This document shows positions 47,614-56,718 of a stretch of 63,299 nt of DNA, one piece after another; the stretch's first letter is position 1; each line of letters starts with the position of its first letter. The notes beneath the pieces were generated by a model. It made no database searches, was not told the origin of the DNA, and saw only the letters and a list, made by a program, of their open reading frames with translations. The stretch lies in IMG/VR virus record IMGVR_UViG_3300009678_000063, positions 1-63,299 of that record, one strand, 5' to 3'. Position numbers and translations under genes: made by a program. The stretch is from a virus. Taxonomy: Duplodnaviria > Caudoviricetes.

Positions 47614-47743
47614 TTCTCAACAACTTGCTCCGACGAACTCGCTTGCGCCGTAGGAGCGACTTAGCCCGCAACTGCGAACGCCTCTCGCCGGCGATAACCT
47701 TGGCCTTACTGCGGATCGGTAGTTCCCGGCGCTTCTGCGCCAT
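47606..47743 (-). CDS. Very basic 45-aa peptide
   Basis: MAQKRRELPIRSKAK...RRKRVRRSK; overlaps both neighbours. Confidence 0.4.
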   Translation of the reverse strand: MAQKRRELPIRSKAKVIAGERRSQLRAKSLLRRKRVRRSKLLRNA

Positions 47744-49031
47744 CACCAGCCGCAACTTCTCGAAGAACCCCGGACGACGTCCCGGCTTCCGTCCCCCCGT
47801 CACCCGCCTCTGGCGTGGGTCCACCCCCTGCCGCTGCCCGGGAGACGACCTCCTCAATCTTGCCACAGACCTTCTCCTCAAACAGGGACCAGTCGAAGGC
47901 CTTGGAGGCCTCGATACCGCGAGCGGCCATCTTCGCCAACTGGCGAGGGTTCCGCTTGAGCGCGAGGATTTCCTTGGCCAACGTCTCGGGTAGAATGTTC
48001 GCGTAACGCGTGCCGCTCTTGTGAATCTCCCAGTCGTGGGCGGGGATGCCGATTCCGCCGCCGGCCCGTGCTACTTCCCAACCGGCGCCATAGCGGGTCA
48101 CTATCACCGGAGTACCGCACGCCATCGCTTCCGCTATGGGAAGGCCGAAGCCCTCAACCTGAGAAGGGAGGACGAATAGGTCCGCGGCGCCAAGCAGTTC
48201 CCGGACTCCGGGAACGTCGATGTCCCCCACGTCGGGGACGGACTTGCCGCGCTCACTGAGCAGCGGGTTGAAGATCACCTTGTCGGTGAGACCGAAGGCC
48301 TCAGCGATGTCAAAGAGTTTCCAGCCCTCAAGCCAGTACTTCTGGAAGGGGACCGTGTGCAGGTAGAGCAGCACGTCATCCTGATGGTACTTCCTGCCTA
48401 GGACCGCTACCGCCTCGATCAGGCGCGGCAGTTGCTTTCGACGGACGTTCTGCGCTACACTGATGACGACAAACTTGTTGGACCACCCTAGCCGTTCGCG
48501 GTACTCGTCGCGCTCAGCGGGCTCCATTGGGAAGAATCTGGTACGGTCAACACCGTGGTACACCCAGTCAACCTCGCGCCCGAGGCTACTGCGCACAACG
48601 CCGGCCCCGTACTCAGAGCAGGTCATGAACTCAATGTTGCTCAAGATGCTCCGCCAGTCGCTCTCCACGATGGGCTCACCCTCGATGGGAACGTACGCGA
48701 AGAAGGGAACGGTGGCGGGGATGACCATGGCCATCGCGGATACCGTGCCGGGATCGCCGGTCATGAAGATGACATCCGGCGTGTAGTCCTCTTCGTCCGA
48801 CAAGACGCGGAGAACCTCTAGGAACCCTAGTTCGTCACCGACTGTTCTTGGTACGAACTGCCTTATTGGCAGGTCGCTTTCGAGTTCCTCGTGCTGTAGG
48901 CCCGTTACTGACGCTACTTGCCAGCCCTTCCTCAGGAAGGCTTGGGCTGCCATCAGGTTCACTCGACCGAACCCCGTCGGCATCAAGGGGCTGTCCCCCA
49001 CTGTCAGGACCTTTAGACTCGTCTGCGACAT
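47706..49031 (-). CDS. Glycosyltransferase family 4 (GT-B)
   Basis: DSP..TGFG, HGVD...F.P, RK, EGFGLPIAEAMACGTPV. Confidence 0.92.
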   Translation of the reverse strand: MSQTSLKVLTVGDSPLMPTGFGRVNLMAAQAFLRKGWQVASVTGLQHEELESDLPIRQFVPRTVGDELGFLEVLRVLSDEEDYTPDVIFMTGDPGTVSAMAMVIPATVPFFAYVPIEGEPIVESDWRSILSNIEFMTCSEYGAGVVRSSLGREVDWVYHGVDRTRFFPMEPAERDEYRERLGWSNKFVVISVAQNVRRKQLPRLIEAVAVLGRKYHQDDVLLYLHTVPFQKYWLEGWKLFDIAEAFGLTDKVIFNPLLSERGKSVPDVGDIDVPGVRELLGAADLFVLPSQVEGFGLPIAEAMACGTPVIVTRYGAGWEVARAGGGIGIPAHDWEIHKSGTRYANILPETLAKEILALKRNPRQLAKMAARGIEASKAFDWSLFEEKVCGKIEEVVSRAAAGGGPTPEAGDGGTEAGTSSGVLREVAAGDGAEAPGTTDPQ

Positions 49032-49278
49032 CGGTGTCGTCTCCCTCGCTCTCAGCGCTCTTGACTGCGTACAGGGCGAGAATCTCGTCCAGTGACCGCA
49101 GTTCCCCGGTCTCGGGGTCTTGTCGGAATCCCTTGAGGAAGGCCCGTTGGGCCCACACTACCTTGTCGGGATCAAGTGGAAGGGTAATCACGCCGTCATC
49201 GACGGGCGCCTCGCCCTCGTAGAAGTACATCACGGACGCCACGTGGCGGCCGATGGTCCTCAGTCTTAGTACACTCAT
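48835..49278 (-). CDS. Hypothetical protein (tail overlaps GT4)
   Basis: AGGAG RBS; follows the capsid gene. Confidence 0.55.
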   Translation of the reverse strand: MSVLRLRTIGRHVASVMYFYEGEAPVDDGVITLPLDPDKVVWAQRAFLKGFRQDPETGELRSLDEILALYAVKSAESEGDDTDVADESKGPDSGGQPLDADGVRSSEPDGSPSLPEEGLASSVSNGPTARGTRKRPANKAVRTKNSR

Positions 49279-49348
49279 GGTGTCTCCTGAGTGTGGAGGG
49301 GCTGGCCGGACTGACCAGCCCCCACCATCACAGTTGAGCCAACCTCGC

Positions 49349-50230
49349 CTATAGGGTGAAGTTGTTCAGGTGAGCCGGACGACCCTCAAGCGAGAAGCCG
49401 AAGTAGCCCTTTATCATGAAGTCCACCGAGTCCTTGGTCTTGGCCAACTCCTCAAAGGTGAAGTCCTTGTGCACGAGCAACTTCGCGTCAGCGCGACGGA
49501 AGAAGAGGATGTCCGTACCGGTCTCCCAGTGGAGGTCCGTTACGATAGGAATGCCGTCGTACGAGAGCACGCGGAATCCTGCACCCACTTCAACGGTGTC
49601 GTTGAACTGCTGCGTCGCCTGCAAGAGCGAGTTGATCTTTCGACGGACCTGTCGGCTGGTGACCATGATGTCAGCCTCGCCGCGGGTCATGTCGATAGCC
49701 TCGTCGATCTTGGCTAGCGTCAGGGTGGTTGCGCCACCTGAGACCACGCCGGAACCGGTGCCACCCCAGTTGATTGCATCGTTGGTGTCGATCTGGTGAA
49801 GGATACCCTCGATGTCATTGGAGCCACCGGTTGCCACAGCGATGTCGGAGGACAACTGCTCGACTAGCGAGCGCTGGTGTGCCTCGACCTCAAGTGACAT
49901 GGCGTTGTACAGCGAGCCTGCCGCTGCCTGCATCGGTCCAGTGACCTCTCCACGGGTGTAGAGGTACTTGACCGCCTTGCTGACCTTCTCGAAGGTGGAC
50001 TGGGATGCTGCCGGAAGGGCCGCACCGTCAGTAGACCACGAGGAGGTCGGGAGCGCGGTTCGACGACGTACGAAGTACGTGTTCGTCGCCCACGGTACCC
50101 GAGCCACGATGTTGGCTAGAACAGGTTCCTTCGACGCGTAGTCGCGGATAGCCTCGTTCACCAACTCCGGGATCAGGTAAGAGCCGCTTGACGCTAGGTC
50201 AAGGGCCTTGCGGATGGTTGTCTGCTCCAT
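49349..50230 (-). CDS. Major capsid protein (HK97 fold)
   Basis: GSYLIPE, position after the protease, YDGIPIV. Confidence 0.88.
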   Translation of the reverse strand: MEQTTIRKALDLASSGSYLIPELVNEAIRDYASKEPVLANIVARVPWATNTYFVRRRTALPTSSWSTDGAALPAASQSTFEKVSKAVKYLYTRGEVTGPMQAAAGSLYNAMSLEVEAHQRSLVEQLSSDIAVATGGSNDIEGILHQIDTNDAINWGGTGSGVVSGGATTLTLAKIDEAIDMTRGEADIMVTSRQVRRKINSLLQATQQFNDTVEVGAGFRVLSYDGIPIVTDLHWETGTDILFFRRADAKLLVHKDFTFEELAKTKDSVDFMIKGYFGFSLEGRPAHLNNFTL

Positions 50231-50237
50231 CTTACCC

Positions 50238-51359
50238 TCAGTTTGCTACGCCCGTGCCGTGCATGCCGGCAAGGGCAATCCTCAACTTCTCGGACGGGCT
50301 GGCCTTGTCGAACTCAGCCCTGAACTCTTCCTCAGCGGACTTGGTAGCCGCGTCGGTGATTGCCCCCGGAAGTTGCGTACGGGGTGCGTTCTCTAGTGCC
50401 TCGATGCGCTCGGTTGCCTCGGCGACCAGCGTGATGAGTTCCTCGTTCTCGGCGACTTGCGCTGCAACGGCGGCCTTTACGGCCTCGTCTACCGCCTTCG
50501 CGAGGGTCTCTGCCTCATCGCTGTCCTGAGCCGACTTGTCGGGCTCAACCTCGACGGCGTCGCTCTCGATGACCCCAAGGGCCACTAGAGTCTCCGTCAT
50601 GTCGTGATATAGAGCGCCCAAGCGCTCACGGTTCGCTGCGCTGATTGACCGACCGGCCTTCTCAACGTCGTCATCGGCCGCCGCACCGGCGTCATCAGCC
50701 CCTTCGGACTGCGCCTCGGTGCCGTCACCCTCAACGGGCTCCGTCACTGCTACCGATTCCTCAACGGCGTCTTCGCCGCTGTGGAGTTCCTCATCATCCA
50801 TAGATGTGCTCTCTCCCATTGTTGCCGCGCCGTCATCAGCGTCGGATACGCTCTTCGCTAGCACGGTACCCAAGGACGGGTACCACGCCGGACGAGTGGT
50901 GTTGCTAATCTCATCAAGTACTACGTGCTTGAAGGTCCTGATTGATCGGCCAAGTTCGGCCACGAACTCGCTGGCCCAGTCCAGCACGGTCCCGGAGACT
51001 GACATTCCGAACTGCTTGCCCTTGCTGACCTGATTGAACAGGTACACCGAGGCAGGGTTGTCGGAATCTAGTCGAACCTCCACACCTAGGTGGAAGTGCT
51101 CGTTGATCCACGCCTTCGTCAAGACACCTAGGTCCCTTAGGACGCCGTCGGGCGCGTGTGCGTCCCGGTAGGGCAGCGGGTCACCCATCGCCTGACGCTC
51201 TTCGATCTGCTTGGCGAATCGCTCGATGGCCTCAGGCGCAATGCGCTCGTCGTCAGTATCGACCTCCGGTCCGGAGGCGAATCCTAGGATGTACAGGCCG
51301 TCCTCGCGACTCTCCGCCTTGAGAACGGGGAACGTGAACTTGAAGGAAGTGTTAGCCAT
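50238..51359 (-). CDS. Prohead protease with scaffold-like acidic C-terminus
   Basis: G.AS...D...E, H, MSVSG, EIS..RPA.P. Confidence 0.85.
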   Translation of the reverse strand: MANTSFKFTFPVLKAESREDGLYILGFASGPEVDTDDERIAPEAIERFAKQIEERQAMGDPLPYRDAHAPDGVLRDLGVLTKAWINEHFHLGVEVRLDSDNPASVYLFNQVSKGKQFGMSVSGTVLDWASEFVAELGRSIRTFKHVVLDEISNTTRPAWYPSLGTVLAKSVSDADDGAATMGESTSMDDEELHSGEDAVEESVAVTEPVEGDGTEAQSEGADDAGAAADDDVEKAGRSISAANRERLGALYHDMTETLVALGVIESDAVEVEPDKSAQDSDEAETLAKAVDEAVKAAVAAQVAENEELITLVAEATERIEALENAPRTQLPGAITDAATKSAEEEFRAEFDKASPSEKLRIALAGMHGTGVAN

Positions 51360-52695
51360 CTACTTGGTCCTCGCCGCCAGTCTCCTCGCTCGGAGGAACC
51401 TCTGGTACGCTACTGTCTGGTATTCGCGGAACTAGCCCGGCAACGGGCGGTATCAGCCGTGATGCGACATCGTCGAGCCACTCGACAGGGATAGCCCCCG
51501 CGGCCGTCTGGATGAAGTGAACGTCGCCGCCCTTGATGTGCGGCAGCCCAATCTCTGACCCGATCTGGTTGATTGAGAAGACACCCATCTTCTCACCCTC
51601 GGCGTAGAGTTTCATCATGTCGAGCATGTCTCGACGGGATGAGTCGTTCTGTCGGAACAGGACGTCGTCCCACCCAAACATCCGAAGGATCAGGTGGTTA
51701 TTGACCTCTTCCTCGACGACGAGTTGGAGCGGAGCGATGTTCTCCTGTCGGAAGGTGTTATCCGCTTCCTTACTGGTCGAACGGTTCGAGTCCTCGTTGA
51801 CACCGATCTTGGTCGGGTCAATGTCGAGCACCGATAGAATCTCTTGACGAGAGAACTCACGCAGTTCGATGAACTGCATCTCCTGACGGGTACTCACCGA
51901 ACGCTGGACGTCGATGTCACCCTCTAGGATGACCGGACGGTGGGCGTTGTCGGTACCGACGTAGTTCTGCTCCATCCACTCTCGGTTGCGCTGAACCTCC
52001 TCGGTACTCGCGTTCTTCATGTTGAAGATCGTACCGGTATGGGCGGCGTTCTCGAAGTACTTCTCGTTGAACTTCATGGAGAACAGATCGCCGGCAACGG
52101 ACAGTTCGAGGCTCGCCAGCAATGACAATCCGCGGATGTCGTTATCCGGATCGTCGAACTTGAACTGAACGACCTCATCGGCCGAGTACTTGATGACCTG
52201 ATCCTCGTTGTACACCGGACCGTAGTCCCAACCGCCGAGTAGGGCGCCGTTCATGCGCTCATTGATGTAGCGCGGGTGGAGTCGGACGGCCTTGTTGGGC
52301 ATATCATTGCCGGTGGTCACTATGAGCCAGAAGGACTCACCGAATATCAGAAGGTCCTTGTAGGTCAATCGAAGCAACTGACTACCGTTCGACGTGCGGA
52401 AGAACGTCCGCAACGACGACACTTTGGAATCCTCGACCTCATCGTCGGCAACCGACGGCACGAAGCGGTATCCGTTAGCGACGGCTACCTTAGCGATCTT
52501 CTCGATGCCCGCACGTAGCGTCGGGTGCTGTCGGTACATCGCGTAGTACACCGCGTACCGTTCCTTACGTGGCAGGTCGCGCACCGTAGTGGTGGCCTGA
52601 CCGGACGGGACCAGCGCGGAGATTCTGCCGACGACATCGCCCTTTGGCGTAACGGCGACCTGAGCCTTTGAGGTTCTAGTTCTTGTCGTTGCCAT
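51352..52695 (-). CDS. Portal protein
   Basis: DLLIFGES, GLS.L, YFENAA, MQF.E.R..R.EI. Confidence 0.9.
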   Translation of the reverse strand: MATTRTRTSKAQVAVTPKGDVVGRISALVPSGQATTTVRDLPRKERYAVYYAMYRQHPTLRAGIEKIAKVAVANGYRFVPSVADDEVEDSKVSSLRTFFRTSNGSQLLRLTYKDLLIFGESFWLIVTTGNDMPNKAVRLHPRYINERMNGALLGGWDYGPVYNEDQVIKYSADEVVQFKFDDPDNDIRGLSLLASLELSVAGDLFSMKFNEKYFENAAHTGTIFNMKNASTEEVQRNREWMEQNYVGTDNAHRPVILEGDIDVQRSVSTRQEMQFIELREFSRQEILSVLDIDPTKIGVNEDSNRSTSKEADNTFRQENIAPLQLVVEEEVNNHLILRMFGWDDVLFRQNDSSRRDMLDMMKLYAEGEKMGVFSINQIGSEIGLPHIKGGDVHFIQTAAGAIPVEWLDDVASRLIPPVAGLVPRIPDSSVPEVPPSEETGGEDQVDG

Positions 52696-52894
52696 TCTCT
52701 TTCCTAAGTGCGAACACGTACGTGCAGCAGAAGCCGGTTGTATCCATCACGGAGACGGACCACGCTGACTTGGTAATAGTGAACCCCTCAACGTCCCCGC
52801 GATCAATCGCGCGCCGAACTCTTCGTAGGAAGAGTTTGACGAGGGGACTAAGTTCGGTCCGGGACACCGCCCGGTCGAGGTCGCGAACGTCCAC
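52676..52894 (-). CDS. Hypothetical protein
   Basis: 72 aa between TerL and portal. Confidence 0.45.
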   Translation of the reverse strand: MDVRDLDRAVSRTELSPLVKLFLRRVRRAIDRGDVEGFTITKSAWSVSVMDTTGFCCTYVFALRKENGNDKN

Positions 52895-52897
52895 GGA

Positions 52898-53095
52898 TCA
52901 GGCCTTCTGGATGGTCTTGGGGTCATTGGGCCACTTGACGGTAGAGCCACACCTGCGGCACGGTCCCTCAACGGAGCCGACCACTAGACGGTACAGGTCA
53001 CGGTGCTTGATGGCTAGGCGCGCTGTACCGTCCGAGGAGACTTCCACGTAACCGAACAGGGACCCACACTGGCACCTAACTGGTTCCGGTTTCAT
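52898..53095 (-). CDS. Small zinc-ribbon protein
   Basis: RCQCG...CRRCG. Confidence 0.55.
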   Translation of the reverse strand: MKPEPVRCQCGSLFGYVEVSSDGTARLAIKHRDLYRLVVGSVEGPCRRCGSTVKWPNDPKTIQKA

Positions 53096-54566
53096 GGCTC
53101 CAAGGCCCTCCCAAGAATCCCATGCGCACCGGGCGCCGAGAGTCTCCGTACAGTGCTAGGACGAGACTCCAAAAGTAGTCGTCCTTGTTGCCCGCAAACT
53201 TGTAGAAGTTCGCTTCGGTCTTCGTCCGGCGTATGCCGTGAATCTGTCTCGTCAAGTCCTGATGGTTGGGCCACGTTACGAGGCCCATTTGCATGTCACC
53301 CTTGAGGGTGGTAGCCCATCGCTCCTTGCGCTGGTTAGTGAAGACAACGCCCTCGATGTTTCCGCTTATCTCGCGCTTGGCGTCCTCAACGAACTTCTGG
53401 CCGACGCCGGTCTGGTCGATGGTGACACGTGCTGGATTCGTAGCGGCGATCAAGCGACGAAGGTACTCGAACTGCTCGTTGTACGGGTCCTGCGTGGCCT
53501 TCGTGAAGAGGACACGACGAGTAGACGAATCGTCAGGACCGGGTAGGGTCTCGACCACCGTAAACACGGTCTGGTCTCGGTCACGGGCCAAGTCCACCCC
53601 GATAGACAGTGAGCCTTCGGAACGGAAGAGGCCATTCCAGTCTCGCCAAATCTTCTGGTCGTGGTCCGTGCAGGACTGGATCAGGTCCCACGTGTAGTAG
53701 GCCGACATCTCATCCTCGAACTCGCACTCGTACTCAGTGCGGAATCCGACGGTGTCGTTACCGAACTCCTCGAAGATCGAGATGAGTTTGTCCGTGCCGT
53801 ACTGGCGGACGCGTTCCTCGGTGGTGAGTCCAGAGGCAAGTGCTAGTGCGTCGGGAAGCGCACCTTCGCGGACCATCGCGGAACACTCCCACCACGGGAC
53901 AAGGTGCCGCGAGTAGTTCGCGTAGGTCTGCTCTCCGGACCAGATGTCGAAGAACATGCCGGACTGCGCTAGCGGAGTAGAGACGATAGTGATTCGTGCG
54001 CCGCCCCGGGTGATGGCGGGAAGTGCGGCCCGGTACAACTTCTTCGCATCGCGAACGTGCGCGAACTCATCGAAGTAGATGTCCTTGCGGCCACCGCGGA
54101 TGGCGGAGGAGGCCGGCTGAGAGATGATGGCGCTCGTGTCGGGGGGGCGGTGGAACGAAATCTCGTTGTCCGCGTCGGTCCAAAGGATCGGCTTGAGGAC
54201 TGGGTCGGTCTCACGGAACTCGTCGCCGATGCTGTGGTACAGCGCTCGGGCGATGTCAACCTTGTCGCCCGCCTCCTTCTGGTTGATGGAGACGATGTTA
54301 GCCCGGTAGTTCCTCTGCGTCGCCGCTCGGAAGGTCGCTTCCGCCGACAGGACCGTCGAGAACCCGATCTGCCTCGACTTGTCCACTATCCGGTACGCTG
54401 ACTTGTCGTTCAGGAACCGAATCTGGTAGGTCTCCAACTTGGTCGGCTCGCCCTCCAAGGAGGTCAGTGTCTCCAACCAGACTGCCGGGTTGGTCGCCAA
54501 CAAGTACAGCAAGTCGTCCTCGGAGGTCTCGACTTGCCCAAACTTTGAGAAGCGGTTCTGGACCAT
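53076..54566 (-). CDS. terL: Terminase large subunit
   Basis: KSRQIGFS Walker A, YFDEFAH Walker B, VSTP, IGVDLAR, DQTGVG, DDYFWS. Confidence 0.95.
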   Translation of the reverse strand: MVQNRFSKFGQVETSEDDLLYLLATNPAVWLETLTSLEGEPTKLETYQIRFLNDKSAYRIVDKSRQIGFSTVLSAEATFRAATQRNYRANIVSINQKEAGDKVDIARALYHSIGDEFRETDPVLKPILWTDADNEISFHRPPDTSAIISQPASSAIRGGRKDIYFDEFAHVRDAKKLYRAALPAITRGGARITIVSTPLAQSGMFFDIWSGEQTYANYSRHLVPWWECSAMVREGALPDALALASGLTTEERVRQYGTDKLISIFEEFGNDTVGFRTEYECEFEDEMSAYYTWDLIQSCTDHDQKIWRDWNGLFRSEGSLSIGVDLARDRDQTVFTVVETLPGPDDSSTRRVLFTKATQDPYNEQFEYLRRLIAATNPARVTIDQTGVGQKFVEDAKREISGNIEGVVFTNQRKERWATTLKGDMQMGLVTWPNHQDLTRQIHGIRRTKTEANFYKFAGNKDDYFWSLVLALYGDSRRPVRMGFLGGPWSHETGTS

Positions 54567-55029
54567 CTGCCTTATCTTCCTCCCGCTTCTCGACCTGATG
54601 TCGGAGCGCAAGTAGGGAGTTGAGGACCTTGATGCGGTCAGTTACGTCCCTGCGGAAGTAAGACTCAACGTTGATTTCGCCATCGTCGCCGACGGCCGAG
54701 GTCATCTCGCCGATCATTGCCGGCATGAGGTTGCGCGATAGAATGAGGATCAGGGCGTCCAACTCGCGCTTGGTCGAGATTGCCTTGCCGTCTCGAATGA
54801 CACCACGAAGGTACGTGAAGTGCTCCGGCGGAACGGTGCCCTCCATCTTGAGGAGCATGGCGTCGGCCAGTTCAGTGGGGACCAGCGACTTCGGCTTGTT
54901 CTTCGAGCCCGGTGGGCGACCGCCACGACGGGTGGTCAGCGACTTCTCCCCGGCCTGATGAGTAGTGCGTGAAGCGCTCTCCGACCGACCCTCGGTGTCT
55001 CTAACGGCGGCAGCGGCTCTTGGCATCAT
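54298..55029 (-). CDS. Terminase small subunit candidate
   Basis: GGRPPGSKNK motif, directly upstream of and overlapping terL. Confidence 0.55.
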   Translation of the reverse strand: MMPRAAAAVRDTEGRSESASRTTHQAGEKSLTTRRGGRPPGSKNKPKSLVPTELADAMLLKMEGTVPPEHFTYLRGVIRDGKAISTKRELDALILILSRNLMPAMIGEMTSAVGDDGEINVESYFRRDVTDRIKVLNSLLALRHQVEKREEDKADGPEPLLKVWASRDLRGRLAVLVGDQPGSLVGDTDLLGGRADQVGDLPDSVPERQVSVPDSGQVEADRVLDGPVGGSDLPSGDAEELPG

Positions 55030-55044
55030 TTCTCCGGACATAGT

Positions 55045-55436
55045 GGGACCCCCTGCACCCGCGAGGGGAGGGGGTCCGATGGAGCGGTTGATCCGCGCGC
55101 TCAGGCGGTGAACGGCTGGACTTTCGTGTACCAGCACTCGGCGTACGAAGTACGGTAACAGTCCTTGTCAGGACTCCGAGACCCACGGTTGGGTTCCACC
55201 CACAGGTTCAGGCTCGTTAGGCCCTCCGCCGCGGTCCGTACTGTCAGCCCGGTGCCGCGTCGTTTACTGCTGCCCACGGTGCGATCCCTCCCTTCGTGAG
55301 GAGGGGTTCCGCCACGCTCCACGTCCTTTCGAGGGGACGCTTATCAAATGCAGCGGGCCATTTACGGGCTACTCACCCGAAGTGAGTTCCGTGGGGTGAC
55401 CCGCCAGTCACCCGAATATATCGGACCTTTCGGCCC
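55045..55436 (-). ncRNA. Unassigned ~390-nt structured RNA
   Basis: Serial hairpins with GAAA and cUUCGg loops immediately 3' of the last tRNA. Confidence 0.55.
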
Positions 55437-55437
55437 A

Positions 55438-55513
55438 TGGCTGCGTCTCAAGGGATCGAACCTTGGAATCTGCTGGTTCAAGGCCAGCCGCCTTACCGCT
55501 TGGCTAAGACGCA
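55438..55513 (-). tRNA. tRNA-Gln(UUG), C33
   Basis: Cloverleaf, loop CC-TTG-AA, CCA. Confidence 0.85.
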
Positions 55514-55514
55514 T

Positions 55515-55589
55515 TGGCGAGTCATCTCAGGCTCGAACTGAGAACCGGAAGGGTAAGAACCTTCTGCACCACCGTTGTGCTAATGACCC
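55515..55589 (-). tRNA. tRNA-Lys(CUU)
   Basis: Cloverleaf, TT-CTT-AC, CCA. Confidence 0.85.
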
Positions 55590-55590
55590 A

Positions 55591-55665
55591 TGGCTGCGAT
55601 GGCAGGACTCGAACCTGCAACAAGACGGGTAACAACCGCCGGCTCTGCCGTTGAACTACACCGCA
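55591..55665 (-). tRNA. tRNA-Asn(GUU)
   Basis: Cloverleaf, CCA. Confidence 0.9.
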
Positions 55666-55666
55666 A

Positions 55667-55740
55667 TGGACAGCGTGACGAGACTCGAACTCGCATACGT
55701 GGGGGTAAAAGCCCCGTGGCAACCGTTTGCCCACACGCCG
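55667..55740 (-). tRNA. tRNA-Lys(UUU)
   Basis: CT-TTT-AC, CCA. Confidence 0.8.
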
Positions 55741-55741
55741 A

Positions 55742-55816
55742 TGGAAGCGGAGAAAGGAATCGAACCTTCGACTTGGCGCGTATGAAGCGCCTGTTCTGCC
55801 ACTGAACTACTCAGCC
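55742..55816 (-). tRNA. tRNA-Met(CAU), elongator (Ile2 not excluded)
   Basis: TT-CAT-AC, CCA. Confidence 0.8.
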
Positions 55817-55818
55817 AT

Positions 55819-55896
55819 TGGTAGACGTATTAGGAGTTGAACCTACTCTTGTTCGGGATATAAGCCCGACGGCCACTACCGGCGACCACTACGTCC
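55819..55896 (-). tRNA. tRNA-Ile(UAU)
   Basis: CT-TAT-AT, A73, CCA. Confidence 0.8.
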
Positions 55897-55897
55897 A

Positions 55898-55973
55898 TGG
55901 TGCTATCCAAGGGACTCGAACCCCCGACGCGCAGTGCTTCAAACTGCCGTTCTACCTACTGAACTAAGATAGC
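55898..55973 (-). tRNA. tRNA-Phe(GAA)
   Basis: Cloverleaf, CCA. Confidence 0.9.
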
Positions 55974-55974
55974 G

Positions 55975-56238
55975 TGTAAGGCGTGTAGGAGAGTTACGCC
56001 GTCGCTTCCGCTTTCCGGAACGACCCAACCTGCCGGACAGGTCCCCTCCACCATCGCTAGGGAGTCCGAGTTTCTACACCTAGCGTACAGGCTTGTAAGT
56101 ACGCGACTGCCCACACTTACCGCCACCAGCCCCGCGAAGGGCGGGTGGTCCCTCTTCCCCGCGGGACAAGCCCTCGGTTTACAGACGGTCCACCATCAAG
56201 GCCGAGCAATCTCAGCGCTGCTTGGCAGTCGCGAATCA
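55975..56238 (-). ncRNA. Unassigned structured RNA(s), two closed domains
   Basis: CGCGACTGCC/GGCAGTCGCG and GTGTAG/CTACAC closing stems between tRNAs. Confidence 0.55.
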
Positions 56239-56239
56239 T

Positions 56240-56313
56240 TGGAGCACCTGCTAGGAATCAAACCTAGACCTCCACCCTTACAAGGGGCGTGTCCTGTCTT
56301 AGACGACAGGTGC
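56240..56313 (-). tRNA. tRNA-Thr(UGU)
   Basis: Cloverleaf, CCA. Confidence 0.85.
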
Positions 56314-56314
56314 A

Positions 56315-56391
56315 TGGCGGGGACCACGAGACTCGAACTCGCTGCCTCCGGCTTGACAAGCCGGTATCAATACCACTTAGACCTCATCCCC
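56315..56391 (-). tRNA. tRNA-Asp(GUC)
   Basis: Cloverleaf, CCA. Confidence 0.88.
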
Positions 56392-56392
56392 G

Positions 56393-56471
56393 TGGTGAAT
56401 GTTGTTGGACTCGAACCAACGGCCTTCTCCTTATCAGAGAGATGCACGCATACCAACCGTGCTCAACATCC
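56393..56471 (-). tRNA. tRNA-Ile(GAU)
   Basis: Cloverleaf, CCA. Confidence 0.88.
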
Positions 56472-56472
56472 T

Positions 56473-56548
56473 TGGAGCAGTAAACGAGACTCGAACTCGC
56501 GACCTCCTCCTTGGCAAGGAGGAACACTTCCAACTGTGCTTCTACTGC
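56473..56548 (-). tRNA. tRNA-Gly(GCC)
   Basis: Cloverleaf, CCA. Confidence 0.9.
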
Positions 56549-56549
56549 G

Positions 56550-56636
56550 TGGTACTCATGGTGGGAGTCGAACCCACAATCCCGCTAGGGCGCTTGCTTC
56601 TAAGGCAAGTCCGTATACCAGTTCCGGCACACGAGC
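56550..56636 (-). tRNA. tRNA-Leu(UAG)
   Basis: Long variable arm, CCA. Confidence 0.9.
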
Positions 56637-56638
56637 AT

Positions 56639-56716
56639 TGGTGCAATCCCCCGGACTCGAACCGGGACATAACTAGGTTCTCGACCTAGTCCCTCTACCA
56701 TTTGGGGTAGGACAGC
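56639..56716 (-). tRNA. tRNA-Leu(GAG), short variable loop, C33
   Basis: TC-GAG-AA, A73, CCA. Confidence 0.8.
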
Positions 56717-56718
56717 GT

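Noticed and set aside
55998-56025. SRP RNA
   Set aside because: The hairpin lacks the conserved UCAGG...GGAAGCAGC helix 8 motif
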